Below are positions 1 through 12,380 of a DNA stretch of 64,000 bases, piece after piece. Position 1 is the first letter of the stretch, and each line of letters begins with the position of its first letter. A program made the position numbers and the translations under genes. The notes below the pieces were generated by a model. It was not told the origin of the DNA. It made no database searches and was given only the letters and a program-made list of their open reading frames with translations. Source of the stretch: Malacoraja senta (Eukaryota); the NCBI GenBank assembly GCA_038087875.1, contig JAXLNO010002078.1:62001-126000 (forward strand), written 5' to 3'.

Positions 1-3
1 TAA

Positions 4-621
4 ATGAAAGAAGAAATTACAAACTCTGTTCATGAAGTGTTGGAAGCCTGGAAGATAACAATGGAAGAAAATCTTACTCTACAGATCGAAGAGGTAAATG
101 TTAAAATAAATTCGATGGAATCCAGCTTTAATTCTAAGTTGGATACCATCATCCAGACATTAAATCAACAAAATACAGCTATAACTCAATTAGAGGATAT
201 TGCTGAGACAGTTGCCGAAACTACAAAAAAGCTTCTCTCCGAGAACAAGAGTTTATCAGACTCATTGAGTAAAATAACTGAAAAATGTATTGACTTGGAG
301 GGACGTCAGAGACGACAAAATTTAAGAATTGTGGGCGTCCAGGAAGGCAGAGAGGGGAGCCGTGACCTCCGTGAATTTTCTGCAGACTTATTACAAAAAG
401 TCTTAAATCTTGATCAAAAACCCCTACTAAGTCGGGCACACAGAGCACTGGGACGCCGCCCAAGGGCGGACGCCACCCCAAGACAACTGATAGTGAAGGT
501 GCAATATCGCCATGTTTTGGATAATATGATGAAGAAAATCGTTCGCAACAGAGATCTCCTATTTGAAGGAGACAAGATCAGTATATTTAGAGATTATCCT
601 GTGGAGGTCACCAGGAAGTGA
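4..621 (+). pseudogene. L1 ORF1p (coiled coil + RRM), premature stop
   Basis: LEGRQRRQNLRIVGVQEG, RAHRALG and ISIFRDYP motifs; ORF1-like sequence continues past TGA 619-621 with a frameshift. Confidence 0.9.
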
Positions 622-799
622 GCGCTGTTTACAGAGACAAGAAGAATACTTAAGAATATACAAGATCTGAGATTATGGACTGATGTATCCCGCAACACTG
701 AGTTACCTACAAGAGGAAGGAATATTTCTTCACTGACCACAAGGAAGCACTTGATTTTGCCCTGGACATTGAGAATAACACCGATGATTGAACAATACT

Positions 800-1158
800 T
801 GTGAGATTCAAAATCACAAACGCTTTTAGAGACAATGTCGGCAAAGAAGCTTTTTATTCAAATCATATTCTGCAGAATAGGTGCCTCTCCTCTGATGTCC
901 CCTAGAGGCACACCGAGGATCGGGATGTCTTCTATCTTTATACATTTCATGGGTATCATTGTCACACCCTCATCCCTCCCCATTGTGCTTCTTCCAATCA
1001 TAACATAAAGCCCACATTCCCACGAGAACGTCCTGGAACGTCCACCCGACGTCAAAGACACCTCCCATATCATGCATCGCATGTGCATTTAAATGGGACA
1101 TCTTGTCATAGTGGGTTCTTGTCTAAATCAACTTATACCTATTAACCCCTTCCTCACA
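800..1158 (-). repeat. ERV 3' LTR (internally deleted by ~171 bp)
   Basis: Direct repeat of 6114-6655; preceded on the minus strand by purine-rich AAAAGTAAAAGTGTGGAT (PPT-like). Confidence 0.9.
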
Positions 1159-1273
1159 ATCCACACTTTTACTTTTGCTACTGCAATCTTTGATTTAGAC
1201 TATCTGCCCCTTCTCTAATGCTAGCAGCAGAATCTTCGCCTCCTTATCTTCCTCTCGCTGGTCATACTTTGTT

Positions 1274-1790
1274 TTAAATAGGCACAGCAACCCCATCATA
1301 ACTACCACTGATGTTAGGGCTGATGTAAAGATGTGCTTCCATTTCCCAAACCAGGAGTCTAGCGGTCCAGGAGGTGTCTACTCCGGAGATCTCGGGCAAT
1401 TCGATAGACAGGGAGGTGAGACCTGCTAGGGCTCTCGATACTGACCCATCAGGAGCAGTGTTGTTGGGGATGAAGGTGCAACATTGTTCCCCAAACATTA
1501 CACACACCCCTCCCTTCTCAGCCAGTGGCATGTCTAAGGCCATGCGATTTTGCCAGGCCATTAGGCTGGTATCTGTCAGTTGTTCCGCTAATCCTTCAAC
1601 CGCATCTCGAGTGTAATTTATAAAGCGTTGTTGATTGTAGTATAGGTAGTTGATCCAGTCCACATTTTTATTAAGTGTGGACCACCAGAAGAGTATGGAC
1701 TCAAAGCCCGCAGCTATCTGGTTTCTGGCTTTGAATTCATCGGGTACCCCTCTTGGCACCCCTATCGCATCTATATATATGTGTGTGTTG
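1274..1790 (-). pseudogene. env: ERV env TM subunit
   Basis: IGVPRGVPDEFKARNQIAAGFES, immunosuppressive domain WQNRMALDMPLAEKGG, CX6CC (CVMFGEQCC); the membrane anchor is in a shifted frame. Confidence 0.9.
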
Positions 1791-2124
1791 AAGTGTCTGT
1801 CCTTCGGCCCTTTGTATTGTTGTTGCTAGCCGGGAATAGGTAATGATAACTCTGGCAGGTCGCATCCTTTGGTAGGATGGAATTCGTGAATAGCTGTAGT
1901 ATACATGACATAGCCCCAGGTGTCCTATCCCAATTCAAGGGAAATGGTTCTGGAACCAGCTGAGGCTTAGCTCCGGCACAGGCGTAGCAATTGGTGTGTT
2001 GCATACTCCTGGCCGTGTACATCATCCAGGCAAGCCAGGTGTTGGCTCCCTTCCCTCCTGTAGGTATTCCCTCCTCATATAATTGCCTTAATTCTGTTTC
2101 TCCTGCTACTATCATTATCTTCAA
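1771..2124 (-). pseudogene. env: ERV env SU N-terminal fragment
   Basis: NTWLAWMMYTA..NCYACA (CxxC) segment typical of fish ERV env; most of SU is deleted. Confidence 0.75.
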
Positions 2125-2252
2125 ATCCTTAGGCTCATTCTCCCTGTTCTATCTGCACATATCCAATACCTACCACTTTCCTGCATTTGAACACTCTGTA
2201 TGCTTACATAGTTGGGTAACCACCCAACACACGACCCACCAACACGAAATCT

Positions 2253-2501
2253 TCATTTTTCCCGCGGGTTCTTGTTAAATATTAAAGTCAATGGTTCCTC
2301 TCCTTTGCGCACAGTCCACGGGCTGATATTGTTTGGTGGGGCCTCCACAGGTCCCTTAAATCGGCTTGCGTGTGTCCACCCTTTTTCTTTTGTTCGTACT
2401 GCTGTCTCGGTGATTAGTAACACCAGGTAGGGTCCAGTCCACTTAGGTTGCAGCTTTTCTTCCTTCCATGATGTTACAAGATCCCAGTCCCCCGCTTTCA
2501 C
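2253..2501 (-). pseudogene. pol: ERV integrase C-terminal domain
   Basis: KLQPKWTGPYLVLLITETAVR..WTHASR motif. Confidence 0.85.
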
Positions 2502-2649
2502 AGAATGGTTGGAAAGTCGAGATGGGGACTCTGTGCCAGCAGCCCCTTGGTTCTTAATTCTGTAATAGAACGAGATACTGCCAGTAAATAGTTCCTTAGG
2601 AATACATCATCCCCTTGTATTTGTTGGGACCCCTTCTATCTTTCCTAAA

Positions 2650-3601
2650 TAATAAAGACCTAACTTGTTCAACCTTTCTCTGTGTCTTAGTTGCTGAAAC
2701 CCAGTCAACATTCTAATTGATCTCCTCTGTACTCTCTCTATTTTGTTGACATCCTTCCTATAATTATGCCTACCAAAATTATACACCATACTCCACAATT
2801 GACCTCACCAATACCTTGTACAATTTAACATTACAACCCAACTTCTATACACAATGCTCTGATTTATAAAGGCCAACACACCAAAATCTTTCTTTACCAT
2901 CCTATCTTCATGAAATCCCACCTTCAGGGAACTATGTACAGTTATTCCTAGATCCCTCTATTCAACTTCATTCCTCAATTCACAATCATTTACCATGTAC
3001 ATTCAATTTTGATTTGTCCTGCCAAGATGTATCATCTCACACTTATCAACATTAAACCTATCTGTCATGTTTCAACCCATTCTTCCAAATGATCTAAATC
3101 TCTCTGTACACTTTTAAAATCTACTTCATTATTCACAACACCACCTATCTTAGTATCATCTACATACTTATTAATCTATTTTACCACACCAACATCCAGA
3201 TTATTGATTCACATGACAAACAACAGTGGACCCAACAAACATCCCCGAGGTACCCTTCTAGTCACTGACCTCCAACCTGACAAACATCCATCCACTATTG
3301 CTCTCTGACATCTCCCATACAGCCACTTTTTAATCCATCTTGCTATTCCTTACTAACCCTTCTTAACCAACCTTATTTCCTTATTGAACCTTGTCAAAGG
3401 CCTTACTGAAGTTCATCTAGACAACATCCATCACTTTACCCTCATCAATTTCCCTAATAACCTTTTCAAAAAATTCAAGATTAGTCAAACATCACAATCA
3501 CAAATCCATGCTAATTCTTCCTAATCCTACCCTATTTATCCAAATTCTTATATGTTGTCTTAAGTATCCTTTCCATTATTTTGCCCACCACTGATGTCAA
3601 A
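2650..3601 (-). mobile_element. CR1 RT fragment embedded in ERV pol
   Basis: Collinear with the CR1 at ~25320-26300 (NYRKDVNKIERVQRR..RERLNKLGL) but heavily substituted. Confidence 0.88.
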
Positions 3602-3875
3602 CAACGTTCTTGTTCAAACTCTACTCTTTTCTCACATCTTTGTCCTCCTGTTCACTTACCTCAGGGCTATTATCTATTCGTACCTGCGGGACAGCCCTCA
3701 GGTATTATTGAAATGGTACCAGGTATATCAACATCGGTCGGTAGTTTAGAAAACTCATACATACACCTTGTCTTCAGGTTTAAAGGGTCCTTCCTCCTGG
3801 TCCACCTCCAACAGCTTTTACTTTTCCTGTTCATAAATAGACTTGTATATCATAATTAACTGTTTCATATACTTT

Positions 3876-4190
3876 TTAAATTCTATCTTTAACTGTTCCA
3901 AACTCGGTCTCTTGTAGGGACCTCTCCATTGTGCCACCTGCTCGGTTAGTTTGCATGCAACATCTCTTCAGTGCCAATGGCAGGGCATCGATCCAATTCA
4001 ACTTTGTAATTAAACAAATCTTATTTATATTAACCTTCAATGTTCCATTTATTCTTACATACCCAAATGTGTATTTTACTCTAAGGGTCTCTATCGCCAA
4101 CTTAGCTACTCCCTAAATGAAAACAATCCGTTGTCAAAGCTGATTTCTGTAGGTCTACCAAACCTCTAAATTACCTTATTCATCATAAAC
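3876..4190 (-). pseudogene. pol: ERV integrase core fragment
   Basis: RFGRPTEISFDNG..RINGTLK..WIDALPLAL. Confidence 0.8.
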
Positions 4191-4649
4191 GACACTACAG
4201 GGCTTATACCAAATCTAGTCTGAACTATATCCTGCCTTTAAATCCCTTTCTCTCTTGGGGACCCCAGTCCTGTTAGGGCTTATATCCAGATTAATTTCAC
4301 TCCTGATAGGACCTTTTGAGGAAACGTACCCCAAAGACATTCATTATTGGCATGTAATTCTCTGGCCCTGCTTGGTTCCGTCATAGGACTCACTTAGGTC
4401 CATTGTTTATTGACAACTCCTCCTCCTGCTGGTTTGCAAGTCTTTTTCCTATCTTTGCGATATTTCTCGACCGCAGAGACCAACTGTTCGCTGAATCTGC
4501 TTGACTTTAAGAAGAATGACATCCACCACAGTAGTTCATAATATAATGTTCATCAATCAACTCTCCACCTTTTCAGCTGGTTTTCCAGATAGGCTATTTG
4601 CCTTTCCTTCTTGTGTATCTCCCCTTTGTTCCTTGGGGTTCCTCTTAAG

Positions 4650-5200
4650 TGGGTAACATTGTCTGAGGGTCTGCCATACCCTCTGCCTGACTGTGTCAAA
4701 CAGTATGCCATTGCTTGTTACATTGTTCGCATCAGTTTATACCATCCATCTTCAGTAGTTCTGTCACTTTAGTGGTTCCTATCACTTTTACCAACAGTGC
4801 CTTCAAATCTTCCATGATCAATAATCGTCCCACGTTCTCCTCCTCCAAAGCCCTAATCCATTTCCTCCCCCATCAGGGATATAGGGTGAGGTATTTTTTA
4901 GCCCTTTCAGTTTATGGGTGCCCCAAGGGATAATCCGTGTCTGTCCTTCTCTTTTCTCTTTAAAGCAGTCTCATCACTTTATCCCAATGCTTCCAACTTT
5001 AATCCTTTCTGGTATGCCTTCTTTCTAATTCTAAACTCAATTTCTTGCTTCTCAAATATTCTAGCCTCCTTGCAAAAATCTTCCACTGACTCCTCCTGCT
5101 TTATTACTTTCACGCCTGTTGTTTTCCTACTTCTGTTATCTTCTAACTGCCTCTCTCTCCTTTCTTTCTAAACTTGAATGTTTACCAATTAACTTATTTC
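4650..5200 (-). pseudogene. gag: ERV gag remnant
   Basis: Degraded frame reading WIRALEEENVGRLLIMEDLKALLVKVIG, resembling fish ERV capsid; many stops. Confidence 0.55.
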
Positions 5201-6090
5201 CAATTATTTCAATCCATATTCACCACAATTTTAAATGTCCAATTCCTAGCACTAGTAACAATTTTCCAAATTATCTTTACTGACTAGAAATCTAAAAGAA
5301 CATCAGAAAAACCAAAAGCTGGTTTCACAACTTCCCCTTCTAGGTTAAGGCCAACAAACAATTAATCGTTATCTTACAGCTGTTCGTCGCCTTTCACCAT
5401 GACCTGATTTATTTAAAGGAACATGCACCTACCTACAGTGAACATTTTTGATTTTAATAAAACTTACTTACTTACTCTTACAATGTGGTCTACAAATACA
5501 ATAAACAAAATAATTATCACATATATAAACTTCCTCCTTCATTCCCAACCGGTTTTTACACACAAATCACATTCGTTCCATTCTTACTTCAAATAAATGC
5601 AACATCTTTTACATGTATTAAAACTCAATATAACAGAATCAAATCATTTTTGTCTTCTATAATCCCTGGGTATTTCTCTGCCCCCAGAGGCTCAGCATTC
5701 GCCCCAACGGACTATCAGGCAGAATGCGGGGTCGGGCTTACTGCCCTTCCCCTCCCTTTTGGGCTCTCCGTTTTCATTGCCCATCCTCCCGATCGGAATT
5801 TCCCCCCGATCTTCCTCCCGATCGGAATTTCCCCCCGATCTATTTGCCCCCGATCTATTTAATCGCCCGAGTAGTACTTAATAGTCAGTTTTCTTACCCG
5901 GGTCTTGTGCACAAGAATCACTCGATTTGGCTCCTTCACGATTTCCAACTACTCCCACTTCTTTGCTGAGTCTCTGTTCAGGGATACCACTCGCCCAAAC
6001 CGCTGACGACAATCTAGGGGTCTGGGACCGCTGAAATCAACGGGGTGCACCGTCCCTTCTTCCGTATACCGTCGTCAGCCGGAGTGGGGG

Positions 6091-6108
6091 TCCCGAGACA
6101 AGCCCCCA
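6091..6108 (-). promoter_or_regulatory. Primer-binding site, tRNA-Pro-like
   Basis: TGGGGGCTTGTCTCGGGA just 3' of the 5' LTR; close to the tRNA-Pro PBS TGGGGGCTCGTCCGGGAT. Confidence 0.8.
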
Positions 6109-6113
6109 AAAAT

Positions 6114-6655
6114 TGTGAGATTCAAAATCACAAACGCTTTTAGAGACAAAGTTGGCAAAGAAGCTTTTTATTCAAATAATATTCTGCAGAACAGGTGCCT
6201 CTCCTCTGATGTCCCCTAGAGGCACACCGAGGATCGGGATGTCTTCTATCTTTATACATTTCATGGGTATCATTGTCACACCCTCATCCCTCCCCATTGT
6301 GCTTCTTCCAATCATAACATAAAGCCCACATTCCCACGAGAACGTCCTGGAACGTCCACCCGACGTCAAAGACACCTCCCATATCATGCATCGCATGTGC
6401 ATTTAAATGAGACATCTTGTCATAGTGGGTGTGTGTACATATTCATGTAAGTTCATTGACCATGCGCACAGAGTGTTTCTTATGACCCTTACCCTAGTTC
6501 TATCCTGGACGGTCTCCTTATCTTCTCTGTTCTCATCCTTGAAAAAGTCACCATCTGTACTCGTTCTTCACTCCCCCTATCCTCCCTACTATACTCCCTA
6601 CTATACAAAGGGTTCTTGTCCAAATCAACTTATACCTATTAACCCCTTCCTCACA
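6114..6655 (-). repeat. ERV 5' LTR (542 bp)
   Basis: TG...CA ends with inverted TGTGAG/CTCACA; adjacent PBS and TSD. Confidence 0.92.
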
Positions 6656-6854
6656 ATACTCAACACCCACCTGACGTTACCGGACGGACATCGTTACCTC
6701 ACAGAGAACAAATGGAACTTTAAATTGTTTTACTTAAGGACTAATGAAAGCTGATAATGATAGTCGAGCAAGTTTTTTTTATTGCTATTGATATATAACA
6801 TTTATATTTTAGTACTAATTACTACTAATTATGATTACTAATTATTGCTAATTA

Positions 6855-7637
6855 TAGCAATGTTACAAAATTTTGAGATTTAAAAAATAAAGTCTGCAAT
6901 TTATCCCATCAGATAAAGCATAAAAAGAAGTTTAATTTGACACTTAATTCACTTTCATATCTTCAGTATTAAAAAAGTTATGGCCATTATCATACTCAGA
7001 AATTAGCATCTAGTTCCCTATTGCTTTTCCATTGACTTAACACAAAAGCTGTGATCGAGGACAGTTAAAAGCCCATAACTTTCTTAAAAATTATGGTAAC
7101 TGAAAGAAATTTTCAGGTATTATAGATTGAAGCATTCTGAAACAAATATGAAACAATCTTACTTCGAAGACATGAAAGTAAAGCATATAATTAGTTAGTT
7201 ACCTAATTGTAGCTAATTACAAAATTCAATTACTAGATCTAAACATCTATCAATTTCTTAAGAATAGATTAACATTTTTAAATAGCCTAAGTGTCCAAAT
7301 AACATTCACACAATAATTCACAATATAACATAATTTTTAAATCTAATTTTCATGAATTTACAGGCCAAATGGAAGGAATTGAATGTTTAATACCTGTAAA
7401 TTAATGGGGATTTAATTCATCTTGCGAGTGAGAATTTCTGGAACGCGATCTTTTGGAACGTTCATTTGCGGTGAATTTAACCCCGTATTGGCATGAAAAA
7501 TACTGCCGTTAATTCGGGGAATAAAATCACCGTGTCGCATGACAAAATGTGAATTAAAGGCTTCTTAAGAAGCACTTTTATACATTTAAAGAAAGCACTT
7601 TTGTTTACCTGTCCATTGTGTGAAATCCGTCCCCGTT
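6855..7637 (+). mobile_element. Truncated non-autonomous DNA transposon (same family as 44688-45728)
   Basis: Starts TAGCAATGTTACAAAA; near-identical to the reverse complement of ~44945-45728; absent from copy B. Confidence 0.85.
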
Positions 7638-8286
7638 ATTTTTTTATACTGTTGACCAATTATCGATTCATATTTTTTTAATATGAGACTAATATTTTAT
7701 CTTGAGAATAATAACTTTTTCACTAACAGATTATAAATATTTTGGACCTAAAAATGTCTTCCCCCTTCCCTACAAATTGTTATTATTGAAACTTTTTTTA
7801 AAGAAAAGCATGGAGCTGGTATTATTATTTTTTTTCCAAAGGCTACGGAAGTCCTTAGAAGCCACATTAGTGTGGCTATCACTAACTACACCAACTATAG
7901 ATGTAGTTTTTTCTCTTCTTTTACACTTTATTAACCATTTATTCTTTCACCTTTTTATATTTAAATCTTTTTATTTGAATTTCACGGCAATTTACAAACA
8001 TACAATAATAACAGACAGTAACAATCAAGGCATAATTGTACAACAGTATGTAAGCGATCCTCAAAACCCTTACCCTTACCCACCTTCAACCCACCCAAGT
8101 CAGGTCGGAGCCAAACGGGGACAAACAACACTCACATACGTACACATCCACACACAAATGGTGGAATAACAAAATGTGCTATATAAAAATTTAAAAATAT
8201 ATATATATATCTAAATAAACAATTGCAGGGAGGGGGGGATTAAGGGAAAAGCAGCTGCAGTAGAACAAAACGATGATGGAGAACAC

Positions 8287-11200
8287 TCAGTCCTCTTCCG
8301 AGTCCGGGGACAAGGTAAGAGAGTTAACCAGTTCAAAGAAAGGGTTCCATGTATCTAGGAATGTCTTGGTAGAGCCTTTGAGAGAGAACCTAAGTTTTTC
8401 AAGTTTCAGATTGTAAATCACCTCCTTAATCCAACGGGCGTGTGTCGGGGGACAGGTAAGCCTCCAACTAAGCAAGATCAGTCTCCGGGGCTAACAAGGT
8501 TGTAAAAGCTAGGACCCGTTTCACCGCAACAGAGAGGTTAGTATTGGGAGGGGTACCGAAAATAGCTGACATTGGATTTGGAAGAATAGTCTGGTCGTAA
8601 GCTCTGCTTATCAATTCAAAAGCACTCCTCCAAAAGGCTGCTAGCTTAGGGCAAGACCAAAACATGTGGCTATGGTTGGCAGGAGATTGACTACATCTGT
8701 TACAGGTGTCATTAACAGCTGGGTACATTCTAGCTAATCTTGCATTTGTGTAGTGGACTTTGTAAAGGAATTTGCATTGGATTAGGCCATGACGAGCGCA
8801 TATGGAAGAAGAGTGGATCAAATCCAAGGCAGAGTCCCATTGCTGGTCTGTTAATTTCGTATTCAGCTCTCCCTCCCACGCAGCTTTTAATGAGGTATGA
8901 GGTTTCAATAAAACCGACCCTAGCAAATTATACAAAATAGAGATGCATTTCTTCCGATTGGGGTCTAAAGCTAAGATGATATCAGTCAGGGTTTCAGGAG
9001 GGCGATTTGGGAAGTAGGGAAATGTCTTCTTCACAAAATCCCTAATCTGGAAAAACCGAAAAAGGTGGTAGTTTGGGAGGTTGTAGTTAGACCAGAGCTC
9101 CACGAAAGATGAGAAGATGCCATCCTTATATAGGTTTTTAATACTACTGATGCCTTTGCTATGCCAGGTTTTAAATGCGTGGTCTATACTTGAAGGTTTA
9201 AAAATGTGATTTTTAAGCAGTGGGGTCAAGATGGAAGGACCCTGTAAACCGAGGTTTTTCCTAAATTGACTCCATATCTTGAGCGAAAGGGACACAATTG
9301 GGCCTGCACCCACAGATGTTATAGAAAGGGGGAGTTGGGAGCATAGGACAGACCGCAACGGGAGACGTGAACTCGCCTTTTCCATATAAAGCCAGATCGG
9401 TGGGTGCTCGCAATCATCATTCATCCAATACAGGAGTTTTTGCAAGTTAGCTGCCCAGTAGTATTGCCTAAAATCAGGGAGGGCCAAACCGCCATCACTC
9501 TTAGGCGACTGCAGTATCGCCTTTCGGATTCTGACCGGTTTGCTACCCCATAAGAATTTAGATATTGTCCTTTCTAAGTTGTCAAAAAAAGATTTGGTGA
9601 TAAGTATGGGGACATGCTGGAAAAGATACAGGAATTTGGGTAGGACAACCATCTTAACCAGATTTATCCGGCCCACGAGGGATAGCGGTAAGACTGACCA
9701 GCGATCAAAATCTTTTTCGGCTTTCTCAACCAGAGGCAAAAAGTTTGTGCGGAACATATCAGATAAGGGTATTGTGATAAAAACGGCGAGATAGCGAAAC
9801 CCATCCTCTGCCCTTTTGAATGAGGTTAAAGAGCGAGGGAGCTGCTTAGCCGGTAAGTTAATCGGTAATAGCTCACTCTTTTGGTAGTTAAGTTTATAAC
9901 CAGAATATGCACCAAACCGTTCTAAAATATTCATAATCACAGGGAGAGAACTGACTGGGTTCGAGCAGGTCATCCGCATACAATGAGACTTTATGAGTTG
10001 TGTCAAACCGTGTAATACCTTTAAAGCCCTTCTCTGCGCGTAACCAGACCGCCAGGGGTTCTATCGCGACATTAAACAAGAGTGGAGATAGTGGTACCTG
10101 TCTGGTACCTCTCTGAAGTGTGAAGTGGGGCGACAGTATGTCGTTTGTTTGTACTGAGGCCACCGGGACGAATATAATAGGCTCACCCAGAGAATAAAAC
10201 TGTTTCCGAGGCCAAACCTATCCATCGCCTCATATAGGTACCTCCACTCGACCCTGTCGAAGGCCTTTTCGGCATCGAGGGAGACCACCATCTCCGGGGT
10301 CTCATTACTCGAAGAGTGAATGATGTTAAGGAGACGCCTAGTATTATGGGAAGACTGTCGGCCAGGTACAAACCCTGTTTGATCCAACGAGATAATAGAG
10401 GGCATCACTCGTTGAAGACGAAGCGCAAGGGCTTTAGAAAGGATTTTGAGGTCCACATTCAGTAGTGAGATTGGTCTATAGCTACTACAAAGCAGGGGAT
10501 CTTTCTCCTTTTTAAGAATTAGGGAGATGGTAGCCCACGACAAGGTGGGCGGTAGGCGACGATGTAAAAACGCCTCATTGTACATATCTCTCAGGACTGG
10601 TGCGAGGAGGTCAGAGAAAGCTTTGTAATATTCTACAGAGAAGCCGTCAGGGCCGGGTGACTTTCCGCTTTGCAACGATGTGATGGCTGCTTGGACCTCA
10701 GCTACAGTTATGGGACCACCCAAGTCTCTCATGGCTTCTTCGTCAATTCGGGGAAGCGTCATACTGCTGAACATGTCACCTGCAGTGGGCGGACAGTCGG
10801 AAGTGTATAGTTCAGTGTAGAATTTAGCAAATGCTTCATTAATTCTGCGAGGATCAGTATGAGTCTCCCCTGAGCTGGATCTAATGGCTGGAATTAGCCG
10901 TGAAGTCGCCTCTGTTCTGTCCTGATGGGCCAAAAGCTTTCCAGCTTTATCCCCAGATTCAAAAAAGTGTTGCCTAGATTTAAGCAGTCGTAGATTGGCT
11001 TTATTAATGGATATGAGGTCAAAGTCTGTTTGTAGCCTAAGGCGTTCTCTATAGAGATTAGGGTTTGGGTCAGATGCATATTTGTCATCAATGTCCTTTA
11101 TTTTTTGTAACAGATCTGCCGTTTGGAACGTCTCGGTTCTTTTCAGGTTGGAGATAAAGGAAATGAGTTAGCCCCTAATATAGGCTTTTGAAGCTTCCCA

Positions 11201-12052
11201 AAGTATACCTCTTTCTATGTCCGGCGAGTCATTCAGCTCAAAATATAGGGTGATTTGGGAGTGCAAGAATTGCATGTATTGAGCCTCTGCTAATAATGAG
11301 GAGTTGAACCTCCACTTAAAGGGGTTAGTTCGTTTACGAAAATGAAGATCAAGGGAGGTCGCAGCATGATCTGATATAACGATGCTATGGTACTCACTAG
11401 ATTTGATTTTGGAAAGCAATCTATTATCTAAGAGAAAGAAGTCTATACGGGTAAACGTACGATGTACGTGGGAGAAAAATGAAAATAATTTAGTCGTGGG
11501 GAATATAAATCTCCATGGATCTGTAAGCCCCAGTTGTTTGGCAAGAACATGCACAGTCTTACCGGATTTAGTTAAAGTAGAGGCTTTATTCGAAGATCTA
11601 TCCAGTATAGGATCTTGGACCAGATTAAAGTCTCCACCCACAATGACATGGTGATTTTCAATATTTGGGAGAGATGTAAAAAATTTAGTTATAAATGAGC
11701 TGTCATCCCAGTTGGGTCCATAAATGCTTGCCAATATGACAGGTGTGTCTTGCAATTTGCCCGACACCATGACAAAGCGACCAGCAGGGTCTTCCACAGT
11801 TTTCTGTGGTTCGAACTTAATGTTCTTATGAATCAGGATAGCCCTATTATTACATTTCGAGTGAAATAGTTGACTAATCCAGCCTCTCTTAAGCCGTGTT
11901 ACCTCTCTGTTGCGAAGGTGGGTCTCTTGGATGAAGAATATATCACCTTTCAGCTGTTGCAAATGGGCCAAGATCCTATCAGTTTTGGTAGGACTTCCCG
12001 TCCCTCTCACATTCCACGAGACAAATCTAAGAGTATCGTTTGTGTTGGCCAT
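8287..12052 (-). pseudogene. L1 ORF2 (APE endonuclease, RT, C-terminal CCHC), with a few stops/frameshifts
   Basis: SWNVRG, GGDFN, SRIDFF-like and SDH EN motifs (11168-12052); PGPDGF, YRPISLLN, LDAEKAFDRV (10061-10933); LYADD; CNRC..HMFWSC (8468-10006). Confidence 0.92.
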
Positions 12053-12131
12053 ATTTAGCTATATGGGTAATGCGCTGTAGTTCTGCAAAACGAGACGGAA
12101 GAGCGCATCGAAGCCAGCTGCCGAGAGGGGG

Positions 12132-12380
12132 NNNNNNNNNNNNNNNNNNNNNNNNNNNNNNNNNNNNNNNNNNNNNNNNNNNNNNNNNNNNNNNNNNNNN
12201 NNNNNNNNNNNNNNNNNNNNNNNNNNNNNNNNNNNNNNNNNNNNNNNNNNNNNNNNNNNNNNNNNNNNNNNNNNNNNNNNNNNNNNNNNNNNNNNNNNNN
12301 NNNNNNNNNNNNNNNNNNNNNNNNNNNNNNNNNNNNNNNNNNNNNNNNNNNNNNNNNNNNNNNNNNNNNNNNNNNNNNNN
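12132..12380. other. Assembly gap (249 N)
   Basis: Run of n, bordered by a G run and CACACACA. Confidence 0.99.

Larger units (their letters stand above)
800..6655 (-). mobile_element. Defective endogenous retrovirus (epsilon/ERV1-like), copy A
   Basis: LTRs TGTGAG...CTCACA at 800-1158 and 6114-6655; 5-bp TSD ATACT (795-799, 6656-6660); PBS, gag, integrase and env remnants; no protease or RT seen. Confidence 0.92.

Noticed and set aside
858-1088. 76-aa ORF repeated four times (858, 6172, 57605, 63090)
   Set aside because: Lies inside the ERV LTR; recurrence reflects LTR copies, and it has no recognisable domain
1274-2124. Co-opted env (syncytin/percomORF-like) gene
   Set aside because: SU is largely deleted, the TM anchor is frameshifted, and copy B has an extra stop
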